In this document: one piece after another, positions 1-14,814 of the stretch | Layout: every line of letters starts with the position of its first letter | Position numbering within the stretch: the first letter of the stretch is position 1 | Origin: Chrysomallon squamiferum | Taxonomy: Eukaryota > Animalia > Mollusca | Direction of reading: 5' to 3' | Length of the DNA: 64,000 nucleotides | Assembly: GCA_012295275.1 (NCBI GenBank) | Contig: CM022665.1 | Coordinates: forward strand, 40,858,001-40,922,000 | Notes under the pieces: model-generated | Told to the model about the DNA's origin: nothing | Databases searched by the model: none | Seen by the model: only the letters and a program-made list of their open reading frames with translations | Made by a program: the position numbers and the translations under genes

Positions 1-1000
1 ATGTTATCATAACAAAATTATATCTTTGATTCCTAACAACAATTACTGGTTTGAAATTAACTGTCATTAAATAAATAAATATTTATTATTTTTTATCTGC
101 AGACTGAGTTATTATTTCCATGACTGAATGGAAAGAAAGCACATAATTTGAATAGAATGTTTGATCTGAAAATTAATAAAAGAATATGCCATGCAATAGT
201 TTATGTATGAAGTAATTACTTTCCTGTACTGTTGTTTATAGATGTTTGTAAAAGTATTGTCTTAATATTAAACTCATCAAACAATCATTCCACATAGAAT
301 TGGGATGATGGACAGACATTTCTCTAATCTGAATCCATACCATTCTGGAAGAAATGTCTTAGTTTCTTGCGTTCAGTTCATGTAGTCTTAGGTTTCTTTT
401 TCTTTTCTTTCTTTCTTTTTTTTTTTTTTTTTTTTTTTTTTTGCCTTATGAAATCAGGATAATTAAATCACCATCTTCCTGAAAGAAACTCATTTTATTT
501 ATTAATGGTTATATATTTTAAAATTTGTTAAAATATTTTTTAATAAGGTCACTGATTACTTGTCAACATGAATTTCACTGAACTGCAATACCTTCTTTTA
601 TATATAAATGTATCAGTCAACAGAATGGCAGCAAATTTCCTTCATAATATATAGTATTACAGTAGCATCAATAACAATTTAAAAGAAACATGCAATTTTG
701 TTATGCATATGTCATTCATAATCCATTGCAATATTGCAAAATCAGTAACACATTTAACAACAACATGCAAATGTGTGATGCATATACTAAAATATATGAA
801 CACACACTTGTCTGTCTTTTTCAGTAATTACCCTGTTAGATACAGATTTAGCAAATCTGGCACAGCAACTTACCAGGGATGGGGAATGTTCTAGTTTAAA
901 CCCTAGGAATGACTGAGTAGTTTGTCTCCTTTCAGTAACCACCTTAGCACAAACACCCATCCCACATACTCCTGGTACCATTATTCACAATTATTTACAT

Positions 1001-1016
1001 ACAGACAGACAGACAG

Positions 1017-1046
<30 letters not shown>
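1001..1046. repeat. (ACAG)n/(CA)n microsatellite
   Basis: Directly visible. Confidence 0.95.
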
Positions 1047-1049
<3 letters not shown>

Positions 1050-1386
1050 TCACTAAATAATAATAAAAAAAAAAAAGAAGTGATGAATATAATATTATTA
1101 ATTTTACAAAATTATTACCTGTGTCTGGAATCTAAATTACATTTGTCACTACTGAGTGTCATTAATAACATTTCTTAATTTATTTCTGTGGATTACTTTC
1201 ACTAATTCCTTTTAGTTTTCCTCCCCCATCATTTTTTAAAATTATTATTTAATTATTTTTCTTTCTTTTTTTCATTATTTGTTCTTTTTTATCTTTTGGT
1301 TTTTATAAATGGACATTCCTTCACAATTTAATAAATAACAACGTGGTCTTCTTTTTTTTAATTTTTTTTTTTTTTTAATATTTAAG

Positions 1387-1410
1387 TGTGTGTGTATATG
1401 TATGTATATG

Positions 1411-1450
<40 letters not shown>
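1387..1450. repeat. Imperfect (GT)n microsatellite
   Basis: Directly visible. Confidence 0.95.
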
Positions 1451-1457
<7 letters not shown>

Positions 1458-4400
1458 TGTCAGACTAATTCTTGATCATATTTCTAATTAAAAGAAGCAA
1501 AAACAAAAAAATAAAAAAAATAATAACACTTTTTGCCATTTCATTTTTTTTTAAACTGTTTTCCAATGAATGAATGAATGTTAAATTTACCAAAGTTAGT
1601 TGTGTAAGTTTATATTTTATTTTATTTAAAAAAACACAACAACAAATAAACAAATAGCCTCTTATTTATTACTAAACTGAAAACAAAAGTATGAAAAAAA
1701 ACAGTTTTTTTATTTTCTATTAATTTATAATTTTTGTTCTTCTACTTAACCAAATTCTCAAAGGTCATATTTTCCTTCCTGTCTGTGATAAAATGAATGT
1801 TTTAAATGTTTAGTGAATTAATACTTAATGTAGTTACAGATGAATTTTATTTTACCAAACAAAAGTCAGATTTGAAAAGAATACAAAAATCCATTATTAA
1901 TCATTTTTGGGCCATTTTTGTAACAGTGGTTTGATGTGTAAACTATATAGTTGTGTTTTACAACTATAAATTTTTTACATTTTATGTTACTGTTGCTTTC
2001 TTTTTTGCAGATATTTTCTTCTTATTCAAAAGAGAAATCAAAATCTTAGATTGTATTGGAAGGTAGTTATTGTTATGAGCTTAGGGAATTTTTAAAAATT
2101 CAGTTGCATGCACGCACGCACAGTTTTATTCATCAGTTACTTTGAAATTCAATACTGATAGCATTTTTATAAGCAAATAATGTAAAATGTAATTAACTTG
2201 TTTTGCCTTTTTATGACAGTGGATACCATTTTAGTGGAAAGATTATTACCATACATGTCAGATGACAATGAATTCCTTTCCGGCAAATTATATAGCTGTC
2301 CTTAGCATGCTGAATAAAATCATACGAACAAAAAATGAACAATAACTATATTATTATTATTGCCCATTATTATCCTTTTGTCTCATTTCCATTTTTTCAT
2401 GTATGTAATATAATATTCAAGAATACTGAGTAGGCACTGGACATGAAACATTATTGGCATGCTATGTAATTTTCTTGGACCATGTTAGAATATGTATGTA
2501 ATCGGTGTATATATATATATATTTTTTTGTTCAATTGGTGTACGTGTGGTATACATGGAAAAAGAAACAGAGAAATTAAACACTTAATCATAAATTAAAG
2601 GTAGAATGTTTACAATTAATCATTGTTATTAAATAGTCACACTTTAAAAATCTCCGAAAAGAAAAACAGCTACAAAATCTTTAAAACAGCAGCAGCAGCA
2701 GCAACAATAATAACATTATCATCATCATCATCACAATTCTTCCATATCTAAAATGGAGTCATTAAGTTTAAACCCACACGATATTCAGTAATATTTTTTA
2801 TTATTACCATAATGCATATTTATATTCCAACAAGGCCCGCTATTATGATTAGAAAACTTTTAAGATCGTATTTATGATGGTATCTTTTTTTAAAAATGTG
2901 TTATCAGTATTTATTAACTGACCACTTACGCATATTTATGGTTGCACTTCCTTGTTCCTGGTAAAAAAAAAACTTCAGACAGTACTTAGTTAATTTGTCA
3001 GAAGAATTTAGCTTCTACATTTTTTTATCATTCACTTCATTGTCACTGACCAACATTATTTTCATTATTATTATTATTTATATAATTTATAATTCCACTT
3101 TGCAAAAGTTCAGTATATATAAATCCTCATATTTGCATGTTATAATAAGAACAATTGACATATATTTTTAAATATAGTATAATCTTCATGTATGTTTCAC
3201 TGACAAAGACATTATTTTCATTAAAAAAAAAAAAATAATAATAATAATAAAATAAATTAAAAATTAAAAATTAGTTTCTTTTTCATTCCTGAAGCAACAA
3301 CTAGAATGATAATGGTGCAAAAATTTAAAGGTATTAAAATTAAATCTGATTCTCTAAGTTGACAGAAAAAAGCCAAACAAAGTTATAGATTCTTGTAATA
3401 TTGTGTTATAAACTTGTATTAATAAAAAAGAATATAATAGATTATGACTTTCATCTCAGAGATCCCAAAATCAAGATATTTCTGAAAATCTTAATTGCAT
3501 CAGGAACTGTATTTATTATGTCTATATTAAAATAAAATTTCCTTTCATGATATATTGTCTGCATGTTACTTAACAGATACTTTGCATGACCCCCAAAACT
3601 CAACTGTGATGATTTTTCCATTCAAATATTGATATCAAATATTTACTCTTTCACTACCCATGTCTACATTTCTTCCTCGTATATGTACATAAATCAAAAT
3701 CATAATCTTACTTAAATGTTGAATACAAGAATGACGCGTTCTAATGGCTGCATCTTGCTTTGGTGTGTTAATGGTTTTTGTTGTTAAATGCAGAATTATG
3801 TTTTAACTGAAAAAGGAATTACAGAATTTGATTTTATTGAGTTGTAGTGTCAAAGGTTGAGTGATTAATTTAAATGTTAAATGCGTAAAATTGTCAGTCC
3901 TTTCTGTGTGTCATGGTAATTTCATTTATTAATGGATTTCGTATCTGATTACATAAATATATAAAAGAACATTTTGTTTTGAAAGATTGTGTTTACTTGC
4001 TAAACATATTTTTTTTAATTTTTAATTTTTTTAATTTATTATTATTTATTTATTTATTGTTACTTACCCAATTATTTGTTTATTATTGTTGTTGTTGTTG
4101 TTATTATATATATATGAAATAATCTTTATTTAAAAAAAGAAAATAATACATTTTTTCTTTTTATTTACTTTTGTTTGTTTATTTTTTCCTTAAGTTTTCT
4201 TATCATTGTTTTATTTTATTTATTTTCCACTATTTTTTCTTATTATTTTTAATTTTTAACTTTTATTTATTATTATTATTTATTTTGGGATAATTGTATT
4301 GGAAAAATTAATACTGTTTAAGAATACACTGTTACAGAAAGTTAGAGTTAGCTCAAATTTAACTTCTTTATGGTTGTTGTTATTGTTTTATTATTGTTAT

Positions 4401-5824
4401 TATTTAATTATTTCATTTTGCTACATTTTCTTATGGTGAGTTAAACAGCTTCTTAATATTAGTTAATTTTCAACTTTTTAAACTTTACATACATTTTCAT
4501 TTTGTTTTTTGTTTAATTTTCATTTCTATTAGTTTTACAGGTACCTTTGTCTTATTTTAAATTTTAGTTAATGTTTTAAACTAATTTAATTGTATTTTCT
4601 TTCTTTCAAAATTTTCCTCTTTTCCAATTTAAAGTAATGTTTTAAGATTAAAAAGTTACCCAAATATTTTAAAAAGGGTATTTCAAGATAAAAGCTTATT
4701 ATTTTCATAATTTATTATTAAAATATGATATAAGAAAGATCTGCAGTTTTTAATTTGACTTTTAAAAAAATAAAAATATTAATTCGTTTAAATAATAATA
4801 ATTAAAAAAGTAAATCTTTTGACATGATGATGAATTTAAAATTGTACTCTTCTAATAATAAAGATAAGAAAACCTAATTTTTTTTTTTTTTTTTACATTA
4901 TTGTCTATGATAATTGGTATTAAAGAAATACTGTTAATCTGATTTTTTTATTTTAGTCATCTAAATTTTCTAAAATTAAACATTATTTTAAAATATTATA
5001 ATTTCTGATAATAAATTTTTTTTTAGTTTTTATTACTGATTGTCATTACTTTTAAATCTTTGACATAATTCATATTAAAATATGTTTTTTTCTGAAATCA
5101 AATGTCATTATTAAAATTACTTCTATTATTAAAATAGAACATTAAAAATAAGTTTTCATTTGATTAATTGTTTGATTTAGAAATTGAAAGTTCCATTAAT
5201 TTTTTGATGTAATTCACTTTATCTTTTTGTTTTTGTCTTTAATGTAGTAATAAGTTTTTAAATTTAAAAAGTCAAATAGTTTTTATTTTATTTTATTTTC
5301 TATATTTTGTTATTTTTATTTGTTTTCTGAAAGGATATTTCTTAGTTTAAACATAATTTCATAATTTATTCATAAATCAATGGTATGGCTAACTAATAAA
5401 CATTAATTTAAGTTACTAGTCACTGCAAAATAATAATAAGAGAGCTTTTATTAAAAAAAAATAATAATAAATAAAATTCCCCCTGATTTTTTCTAAATGA
5501 AGAAAATAAATTTAATTTTTAATAGTAGTTCTTTTAAGATAAATAGAATGTTATATTATTTTCATTTTCATCAAAATTCACATCCTGATGTTTATTTCCA
5601 AAATAAAATGTCACCATTGCCATTTGTGGTTATTAAAAAAATGAGATTTTTTTGGTATCAATATGTCTTTGTTTTATGTTTTTATTTTTGTCTAATGCAT
5701 TTGTTTATTTTAATATACAGCTCCTTCTTTGCTTATGCTGCTTCATTTATTTATTAGTTTCAGGAATAGTATGTACTTATAAATAATTTATTATAAATAT
5801 TTAAGTATAAATAATTTATTATAA

Positions 5825-5836
5825 AGAGAGAGAGAG

Positions 5837-5877
<41 letters not shown>
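5825..5877. repeat. (GA)n microsatellite
   Basis: Directly visible. Confidence 0.95.
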
Positions 5878-5880
<3 letters not shown>

Positions 5881-6369
5881 TTTATTTCATTTGTCAATAT
5901 ATATATATATTTTTTTTTTTTTTTTCTTTTTTTTTCGTGCTTGCCTAATAATATCAGTCACATTAATTCAGAATGGAGATTCATTTCATCTGTTTATCTA
6001 ACCATAAGCCAATAATGTTGGTATCACATTCTCTCTAAAGTCTAATATTTCCATCCTGTGCATTGTTTTTCACATATTAGTATTAATCTAGAGATATTAC
6101 TTTCATAAACCATTGTCTGATTACAGACTGGAAGAATTTGATAAAAATCAGAACATTATATTTAACACATTGATATTAGATATGGATCTGTAAGTCTATT
6201 ATAACCAAGGCTGAACTGGGGATATATATATATATATATATATATATAAATGAGTTGATTCTAAAGCAGACATTTAATAAAGCATTTAAAGAAAGAAAGA
6301 ATCCTAGAAAACTTGAAGTTTTTAAAAAGTGTATTTGATAAATATTTTTAAAATATAGACAATTAGTGA

Positions 6370-6404
<35 letters not shown>

Positions 6405-6412
6405 GTTTGTTT

Positions 6413-6444
<32 letters not shown>

Positions 6445-6874
6445 TTATTTCTTACATAGTGAGTGATTATTAACTATCAGACATGTTTTGTTACAAAAAT
6501 GTTCTATTCATCTTAATTCTGGGATATGTTAATTTCATAATATAATATATCTGTGAGTGGGTGGGTGTTTGTATTTCCACATATATGTATGTAAGAATGT
6601 ATGTGTGTGTGATATAACTGCAGATTAAATGTATATAGGTAATACATTGTTCAATAAAACATTTTTCTTCATTCTCTTTACTTCGAAAAAAAATATTATT
6701 TTTAAATTTCATGCTTATAATGCAACATGTTGGAATCTGTAATGCAATTATTTTTCATTTAAAAAAAAAAAAAAAGAAGAAGAAGAAAAATATAAAATGT
6801 AATTTTTACATGTATACTAAAATCCTCAACGATATTACATCCCTGTTATTATTATGCAGTTGACATCTTTTCTC

Positions 6875-6910
<36 letters not shown>

Positions 6911-7896
6911 CCAAAGTTTCCATTAATTTTTTAATGGACCGGATGATGAAGTCGCTGCTTTGGAAATCATTAATTAAGTTATTGGCAGCTTTTAATGTTT
7001 ATTATCAGTCATCTGGAATGATCAATGCTGCAGGATGTTAATCAGCTGTAATTTTTTAAACCTAATGACTTGTACTTCCCATGTCAGCATGTTGTAACAA
7101 TGTAAACTGATAGTAAGCTATATTGATACATCGACTCTTTTCTATATATATTCTTCACTGGTCAATGCATATATTTTGGTTAACCAGACTCTGCTACTAC
7201 CGTACATCAATTGCATTTAAAAATCCATTAATTTAAAAGTTCAGTAGGTTTACAGACAGATGCTGAAATTTAAATGACTCATAGATTTGTGTGTTTTGTG
7301 TAATGTACTCATACGGATTATTCATTCATTATAATAATATTAAAGTTAAAAAAAAAAAATAAAAAAAAATAAAAAATTAAATAAATAAAAAATTTAAAAG
7401 GGAGGAAAGATTAACTCATCCCTGTCCCTAAAGACAAGACGACTGTGATTTTTTATTTAAATATTATATTTTATGATTATGATGAGATGATAGTAATAAA
7501 TGCATAATTGTTATGCAATGCAAACACACACACATAAAAAGAGTCAGTAAAAACTGCAGTAGCAAATGTCCCTTTACAAACTTTTGAAAAAGAGAGATTA
7601 GGAAACGGAAATACATTTTTAAAACAGAATTTTCAGTCTTGTTTAAGATGTGGTTCATGCCACTCAGTTAACCAAGTAACTAAAACAAAAGAAAATAAAT
7701 AAATAAATAATAAGAAAAGTAAGACATGAAACAAGTAATTATAAAATTTTTAAAAATCAGAATTTCTAATAACTGTAAAAGCTTTCAATCACAAAGATGT
7801 ATTAATTTAGAAGAATTTTAAAGTAATATGTTGAAAAGTCATTTTTCAAAATGAAGAAGATCTCTTCATTTTTTTCATCACAAAGTATTTAAATAC

Positions 7897-7898
<2 letters not shown>

Positions 7899-7945
<47 letters not shown>
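7899..7945. repeat. (TTA)n microsatellite
   Basis: Directly visible. Confidence 0.95.
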
Positions 7946-8422
7946 TTTTTTATACGGTAGCAATATGAATGAATATATTCATATTGAAGTAGAAGGAAGA
8001 GATCTGATAAGCACGTCTGAAAATATTAATGATAAAACAGGGATTGTTTAATCATGTGAAGAAATGTATGAAACATTAATATTTATCTCTGTATACAAAA
8101 TATGTAGCTTAAAATTGGAAACATTATTAACTGTTTGAATTTTTACCACATATTTTTATAGAAAAAAAAAAAGATCAAGTATGATGAAGAAAAAAGAATA
8201 ACAGTGATAATAATTTTATCTGTTACAAAATATGCTCTATATAAACTAGTATTAATCTGCTCTAAATAACTGTTTAATTTGGTCATAACTGATAGAATTC
8301 ATGTCAGTTAAATTCAAAATATTCAAAATTACCTGAGTTAAAAATATAAATTTGATTTTGTAAAAAATTTTGACTTCCTTAGAATGATATTAATATTTTA
8401 ACTTTTTATCATTTTTTATATA

Positions 8423-8448
8423 TACTGTCTAAAAAAAGAAACGCAAAA
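8423..8448 (+). repeat. Left terminal inverted repeat of the Tc1 element
   Basis: Matches the reverse complement of 9736-9761 at 22/26 and is preceded by TA. Confidence 0.9.
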
Positions 8449-8594
8449 GTAGAATTTATTGACATTGGGAATATCTATCTAATGGATCAACAGAAAGCAG
8501 CAGAATGTTCACATTTACACACACTTTTGCAATTCATTAATATTGATGGTATTATGCTGAAAAGGTTAAAGTTCAAGATTATAACAGTATAATA

Positions 8595-9459
8595 TCAATT
8601 CCTTGTGTGCCCACCATGGGAGTCCAGAACTGCCTGACATCTCCTTCCCATGGCAGTAATGACATTATGAATTACACCTTGTGGAATGGTGGCCCACTCT
8701 GTCTGTAGTAATAATGTCAACTGAACACGATTCTGTGGCTGTGGTTGATGCTGCCTCAGTCGTCTATCCAGCTTGTCCCATAAATGCTCTGTAGGATTCA
8801 AATCAGGATATTTAAAAGGCCAGGGCAGGACATGAATGTTATTGTTGTGTAGGTACGCTGGTGTGAGTCTGTCTGTATGTGGTTTCACATTGTCGTGCTG
8901 GAATACAGCGTTACCATTATTCATAATTGGAGTGACATGTGGCTGCAAAATTTCATCTTGGCAAATCTGTCAGCTTCCTGTATGCAGTTTGCAGAAAAAC
9001 GTTCACCACGACGTCTGTAAACTCGACATCTTCCATCAGCTCAATGAAGCAGAAATCGAGCTTCGTCACTAACCAGGCAGTTCTCCATCGTAACTGAGGC
9101 CAGACTCTGTGCAGTTGACACCACTGACGTTGTAGTCGATGATGTTGTTGAGTCAAAACCACTCTTCTTACAGGCCGTCTGGCTCGAATACGATTGCGCA
9201 CTGTATGAGCCGATATTCTACGCAGACTGGTATTGCTGAAGCAGTAGAGGTTGCCATGGTGGTTCTTTCCCATAGATGAAGAACCCGTATGTAGCGGTCC
9301 TGGGCCCTGGTGGTTACACATGGTCTACCTGATCTGGGACGGTTATGTGTTGTTTGATGTTGCTGGAACCAATACCACATTCTCAAGATGGTGCTTGGGG
9401 ATACACAGAACACCCGGGCTGATGGTGTTGTTTCGTTGCTGTTCACTCAGTCGTGGCAT
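8595..9459 (-). pseudogene. Tc1-like transposase pseudogene (frameshifts, premature stop, internal deletions)
   Basis: Minus-strand fragments in order: MPRLSEQQRNNTIS (ATG at 9459); ARVFCVSPSTI...RPRSGRPCVTTRAQDRYIR (HTH and GRPR-like linker); RRISAHTVRNRIRARRPVRRVVLT; SDEARFLLH*ADGRCRVYRRRGERF (first catalytic D, TGA at 9043-9041); VFQHDNVKPH...LPWPFKYPDLNPTEHLWD...GGHTRN*. Exactly 34 residues lie between the second D and the E. Confidence 0.93.
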
Positions 9460-9735
9460 TTGTTTGATGTTGGGTCAGAACAAAAATAATGAACAGAAGT
9501 TTTTGAAAACCTTGCATTTTTATAACCCTCGTATTCAAGTTTCTTGTAATGCACATGCACTGGTAACGTGGTTTGCATGCGTGGATGTTTTGGCTAATAA
9601 ACACAATCATAGCCTTTATTTTGTGTTGCCTGCTTTTTGGCAACTAACAAAAGTTATACGTTTGAATCACCAAATGTCATTAAATTCATGAATTGATATG
9701 TGTCAGTTTACAATAGTTATCTAACAAATCAACCA

Positions 9736-9761
9736 TTTTGCATTTCTTTTTTGGGAGAGTA
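9736..9761 (-). repeat. Right terminal inverted repeat of the Tc1 element
   Basis: Matches 8423-8448 at 22/26 in inverted orientation and is followed by TA. Confidence 0.9.
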
Positions 9762-11897
9762 TATTTATTAGGTATTTTACTATATTTTTATTTTTTTATT
9801 TTTATTTATTTATTTATTTATTTATTTTAGATTAAATAAAATACTAATGTTTATTTTTCCACTCTAAAGATTTATAATAGACTTTTAATTTTATTAATTA
9901 CATTTTTCATATTCAGTGTCAAATATTACATTTTTTGACAATCACAAGTTTGAATCATTAAAAATGACACATAACTGCAATCTTTATATTACTAAAGAGG
10001 AAAAAAATAATCCATTTTCTGTTATTATTTTGTTTAACAGTGCACACCTATTATTAATTCAGACTATTCTTATTAAGATATTTAACTAAGAATTATCAAG
10101 CTAATGAAAGAAAAGAAAAATGTTTTCTCTCTGATTCATATTGATGAACATGGACATAAACATGGATACTTCCAAGTAAATTTATATTAATAACAAACTG
10201 CATACCCAGAATATTTAAACTCTTGTACAGTTAACAAATAATAATAATAATAATAATGTTAATCATAACAATATTAATAACAATAACTATAATAATAATA
10301 AATGCAACTACTGAAGGTTTAAGCTGGGCAAATATTTTATGAGAGTTTGAGTTATCTGTTCAAGATATTATTGTTAGTGTATAAGATGGTTAGTTAAAAT
10401 AAAACAACAGTCTGAATTGCTTTTACACATTTGCAGTTACCTTTGTTGAAAAGACAATTTTGAATTGAGATTATTGTAAATGTTGGTCATAAGACTCGTA
10501 GTTTAACAACAGTATTTGATTTGATTTTGGCTTTATTGCAAAATGACAGGGAAAAAAAAAAGAATGTAAAGTAGCATGTTAGTAATATAAATATACAATG
10601 AAATAGGATAATTTTTTGCATGGAGATGGTTTTACAATTATCTTAAAGGATTAAAAGGAAAAAATGAACTGTCGTTTAACTACTGTTATCTAATTATATC
10701 TTATTATTAAAATAAATTTGTTCTATCTGCTTTTTTCTTTATTTCTTTTTTATTGCCAGAAATTGTAGAAACAAAAGAATCAATTATTTGTTTTTTTAAA
10801 CAGTTTATATGTTTAATTTAATTTTATTTTATAATTTTTAAAATTAATTTTCCATTGTTTCCTTCTTTTTTTTTTTTTTTCAGTATTTAATAATGATTTT
10901 CTTTTCATTTTTTTTCAAAATTATCCATTTAGAAAACTGACTTATTTAAACAAAAAACAAAGTTGTAACTTTTTATTTTCCATTATTTTCATTAATTTGT
11001 ACTTTGGAATTAGAATCAAATTTCAAAGTCAGTAGCTAATTTCAATCATGGCTTATAAATGAAAGTAATTAATTCAACCAAAATCATTTACTTTTTAAAA
11101 ATATACTCAATAATATCTTACTTTAGTGTGGCAGGCAGATTTAAAAAAATAAATAAAATAAATAATAATAATAATAAAAAAAACATGGAAAAAATTAAAA
11201 TATTAATCATGGAAGAATTTAAATAATAGTTACAATAATGATGAAGATGATGATAATAATGATAATAATATTTGTATGCAGATAACATTAGTCACTGAGC
11301 CAAACATCCCTTTAAGCAGATATTAAATAAAAAGTTTTTGTTATTTTGAATTTTTACTTTTTACTTATTTAATTACATACATACATACATACATACATAC
11401 ATTTTGGCCAAAAATATAGAAATTTAACTGATGTATATATATATACTTATATTTATTTGTTTATTTATTTATTTATCATACAAAGTTAAAATTCATTATT
11501 TTCGGTCACTGACCTAAAATATATAATGATACTGCTAATATATAAATATATGAAGAGTTTTCAACAAGGTAATCATGAAGGTTATAATCAGAGTTTTAAT
11601 TGATAACTGCAGTGTTTAATAGATTAGTAATTGTGCAAGAGGTACAATTAATTGCTGCATTGATTTCATAAATAAATGAACAATGACAATAAAACACCTG
11701 GGGTTGTCTTAAAAAGATAATTTCAGAGATAACGACTCTACTCTAGTGTGAAATGGAAAGAAAATATTTATCTTTTTTCTATTTATATTACTTATGTTGA
11801 CCATTACAGTCATTAATTTCTCATTTCAGAATAAAAATGTGGTTATTATGTCTATTTTTGGATTTTTGATTATATGATTCTTTCAATCAGGAAATAA

Positions 11898-11899
<2 letters not shown>

Positions 11900-11943
<44 letters not shown>
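11900..11943. repeat. (AT)n microsatellite
   Basis: Directly visible. Confidence 0.95.
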
Positions 11944-11945
<2 letters not shown>

Positions 11946-14416
11946 AAACAAAAACAAAAAAACAAAACTTGAAAAAACTAAAATGTTGATAAAACATTAA
12001 TATGAAGGGAAGAATATAAATAGCAGTAATAATGATGATGATGATGATGTTCATTCGTATATATTTATATAGATACACAGAAAAACTCTTCACATATGCT
12101 AAGACTATATATAGACTCAAACGATATACATCTAATTAACAATACTGACAATTATTTGGTACAACCATAAGAATTATGTGATCATTCATTCATATGTAAA
12201 ATATTTTTATACAATTTTTTTTTTATGTTTCTTTGTAACTTATAAAATTAATACTTTTTATTACAAAATAAGATAAACTTAAATTATGTTAAAATTTTAG
12301 ACCTATTCAGATTTACATTCATGAGTGAAATGTAAGATTTTCAGTAAAAATTTAAAATACATTTTAAAATATATTTTCTCATGCTTATTTTCCTTTGTTT
12401 TATTATTTATTGTAATAATTGTTGCTGTTATTGTTATTATTATTGATATTCATTTTATTTATTTCTTTTAAAAAAAAATGTATTTATTTTTTTAAATTAT
12501 TATTATATTATTATTATTTTTTTTTTATTATTATTTTACCCTTTCATCGGTTATGCTAAACTATTTCAAAGTCTAAACTTCATTTTACAAATGACTATTT
12601 AATAACATTTCTTCTGTTTTCTTTTAATTTTGTAACATTTCAGATAAAATTTTGACATTTCAGAAATATTTTCCATTTCATATATTATTTTATCTGCTCT
12701 TTCTAAGATATTTCAGTCTCTCTTTTCTTTTTTGGTGATTATGTTTTAATAAACAGCGCTTTGAAACTGTATTTAATATCTCATTTTTCTGTCACTGATG
12801 TTAAATACATGGAGATTAAACAACCATTTTCACTTCCTGTTAATGCCCTTATTGTTTATCAGACATTACCAGGGATTCATAAATCTGCCTGTCTAGATAT
12901 GAGAGATGTTGTTGTTGTTATTGTTTTGTGATTTAAATAATTCTCTCATTGTTCATGTCCATGAACGTTTTAAATAGTTGTCTGTGTTTTATCAGAGAGT
13001 GTCAAAAAAAAAAATTAGATAATAATAATAATAATCATAGAAACAGAAGAAAAAGAAGAAAGAAAGAAAGTATATGTGTATATGAGTGTATATATGTGTG
13101 GGTGCATGTTAGTTTATATTATTGAATAAAAGTGTAAGAAAGTTGTATACATGAAAGAGACAGAGCAAATGTGTATACACCCTGCTTCATGTATGCAAGC
13201 ATGTTGGTTTATGTTACTATATATTGTTAATATTTTACTTATTATGAGTATAAGAAAGTTGAAGGAGAGCAAGTGTGTGTGTGTGTCCATGTGTGAGTGT
13301 GTATTTGAGACAAAGAAATTTAGTTATCTGAAGAAAAAGAAGAAGAGGAAGACTATATGTGTTAGAGATAAAAAAATCAATGTCTTTATGAAAGAGTGTA
13401 AATATTGACGCTTATCAGTTAGAAAATGCCTCAGCACATTTTATCACAGTTTATAAAGTTTTTGAAATATAATGAAAAATTTATATACTATTATGATATT
13501 AAGTGACTTTTTATATTCATTTACATATTATCGGCAGTGTATAAAAAGCCCAGATAGGTAAGGGAATTGTTTAACTTTGTTAATAAAAATGTTGTCTAAC
13601 ACTGTCTTACAAGGTTACCTTTCAAGTCTGGATAAAATTTAATTCTCTCTGTATTCCTTTTGTGCATGAAAGCTGTTATCTTTTTGGTTCTCTTATACTT
13701 GCATTTGTATGTGCGTGCATGTGTGTGTCTATGTATATATGTTTATTTTAATGGATGTTAGAAAGAAAAAACCCATACAAAATAAGGTTGCATAGTAAAG
13801 AATTAATATATATATATATATATATTAATGATGCAACATGAATAATATAACAGGTAGCTAACTGGCTTCAAAGTAAAATGTCAAACATTTAAATAAGATG
13901 GTAGATTTATCCTGATTTATTCAACCATAAACACTGTAAATTTAAGTATTAAAATATTTCTTTTAATTTTTAGTATTATTGTTATTATTATTTATTTATT
14001 TATTTATTTTATTGTATTTTATTTTTTATTTTTTAGATTATTATTTTATATTAATAATCATTAATCCACGGTGGAATTTTATATTTGACAAAGATATATT
14101 GTTTGTTGTATTTGATGAAGATGTATTTGTTATGACATAGAACCAAACTAAGTGCAGTGTTAAATAATATTTATTATTTTGCCAAACCTATATTGACTCA
14201 GCAAATTACTATTTATTTTATTATTTACATTATCCCACAGTTTGTTGACATTAGTTCAGTAGATATTTTTCAATACTTTATTTATTTATTTTATCTGTTT
14301 CCCCAATATATGATTTATGTACATCTGTTTTCAACAGTTATGTCTGAAAAACCTGCATTAATAGAATATAAAAGTATAAGTTCAAATATATGTTTCTGTA
14401 ACAGAGAAAATTAAAC

Positions 14417-14814
14417 ACATAATTTAAATCTACAGCTATTACGTGTCAAAACAATCATTTTAAATCTAAAACTATTATGTGTCAAAACATAATTTAAATC
14501 TACAGCTATTACGTGTCAAAACAATCATTTTAAATCTAAAACTATTATGTGTCAAAACATAATTCTAAATCTACAGCTATTACGTGTCAAAACAATCATT
14601 TTAAATCTAAAACTATTATGTGTCAAAACATAATTTAAATCTACAGCTATTATGTGTCAAAACAATCATTTTAAATCTAAAACTATTATGTGTCAAAACA
14701 TGACCATTTTAAATCTACAGCTATTATGTGTCAAAACATGATCATTTTAAATCTACAACTATTATGTGTCAAAACATGATAATTTTAAATCTACAGCTAT
14801 TATGTGTCCAAACA
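14417..14814. repeat. Minisatellite with 34-38 bp units and a 70-bp (34+36) higher-order dimer
   Basis: ACATAATTTAAATCTACAGCTATTACGTGTCAAA (34 bp) alternates with ACAATCATTTTAAATCTAAAACTATTATGTGTCAAA (36 bp) four times (ACAATCATTT at 14451, 14521, 14592, 14662). Three 38-bp monomers follow. Confidence 0.95.

Larger units (their letters stand above)
8423..9761 (-). mobile_element. Tc1/mariner superfamily DNA transposon (Tc1 family, DD34E), decayed copy, 1339 bp
   Basis: Left end TACTGTCTAAAAAAAGAAACGCAAAA (8423-8448) matches the reverse complement of the right end, TACTCTCCCAAAAAAGAAATGCAAAA (9736-9761), at 22/26. TA dinucleotides flank both ends (8421-8422, 9762-9763). A transposase relic lies inside. 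Confidence 0.95.

Noticed and set aside
2011-2062. Possible 52-nt exon (ttttttgcag| ... |gtagtt)
   Set aside because: The donor is weak, the peptide is unrecognisable, and there is no supporting neighbouring exon.
6940-7112. C/D-box snoRNA candidate (ATGATGA ... CTGA)
   Set aside because: No terminal stem and no recognisable rRNA guide. Such boxes are common by chance in AT-rich DNA.
7831-7872. Short palindromes (AAAATGAAGA/TCTTCATTTT)
   Set aside because: A 10-bp AT-rich stem is at chance level for this composition.
9251-9691. 146-aa and 78-aa (8836-9072) plus-strand ORFs
   Set aside because: They are antisense shadows of the Tc1 transposase relic.
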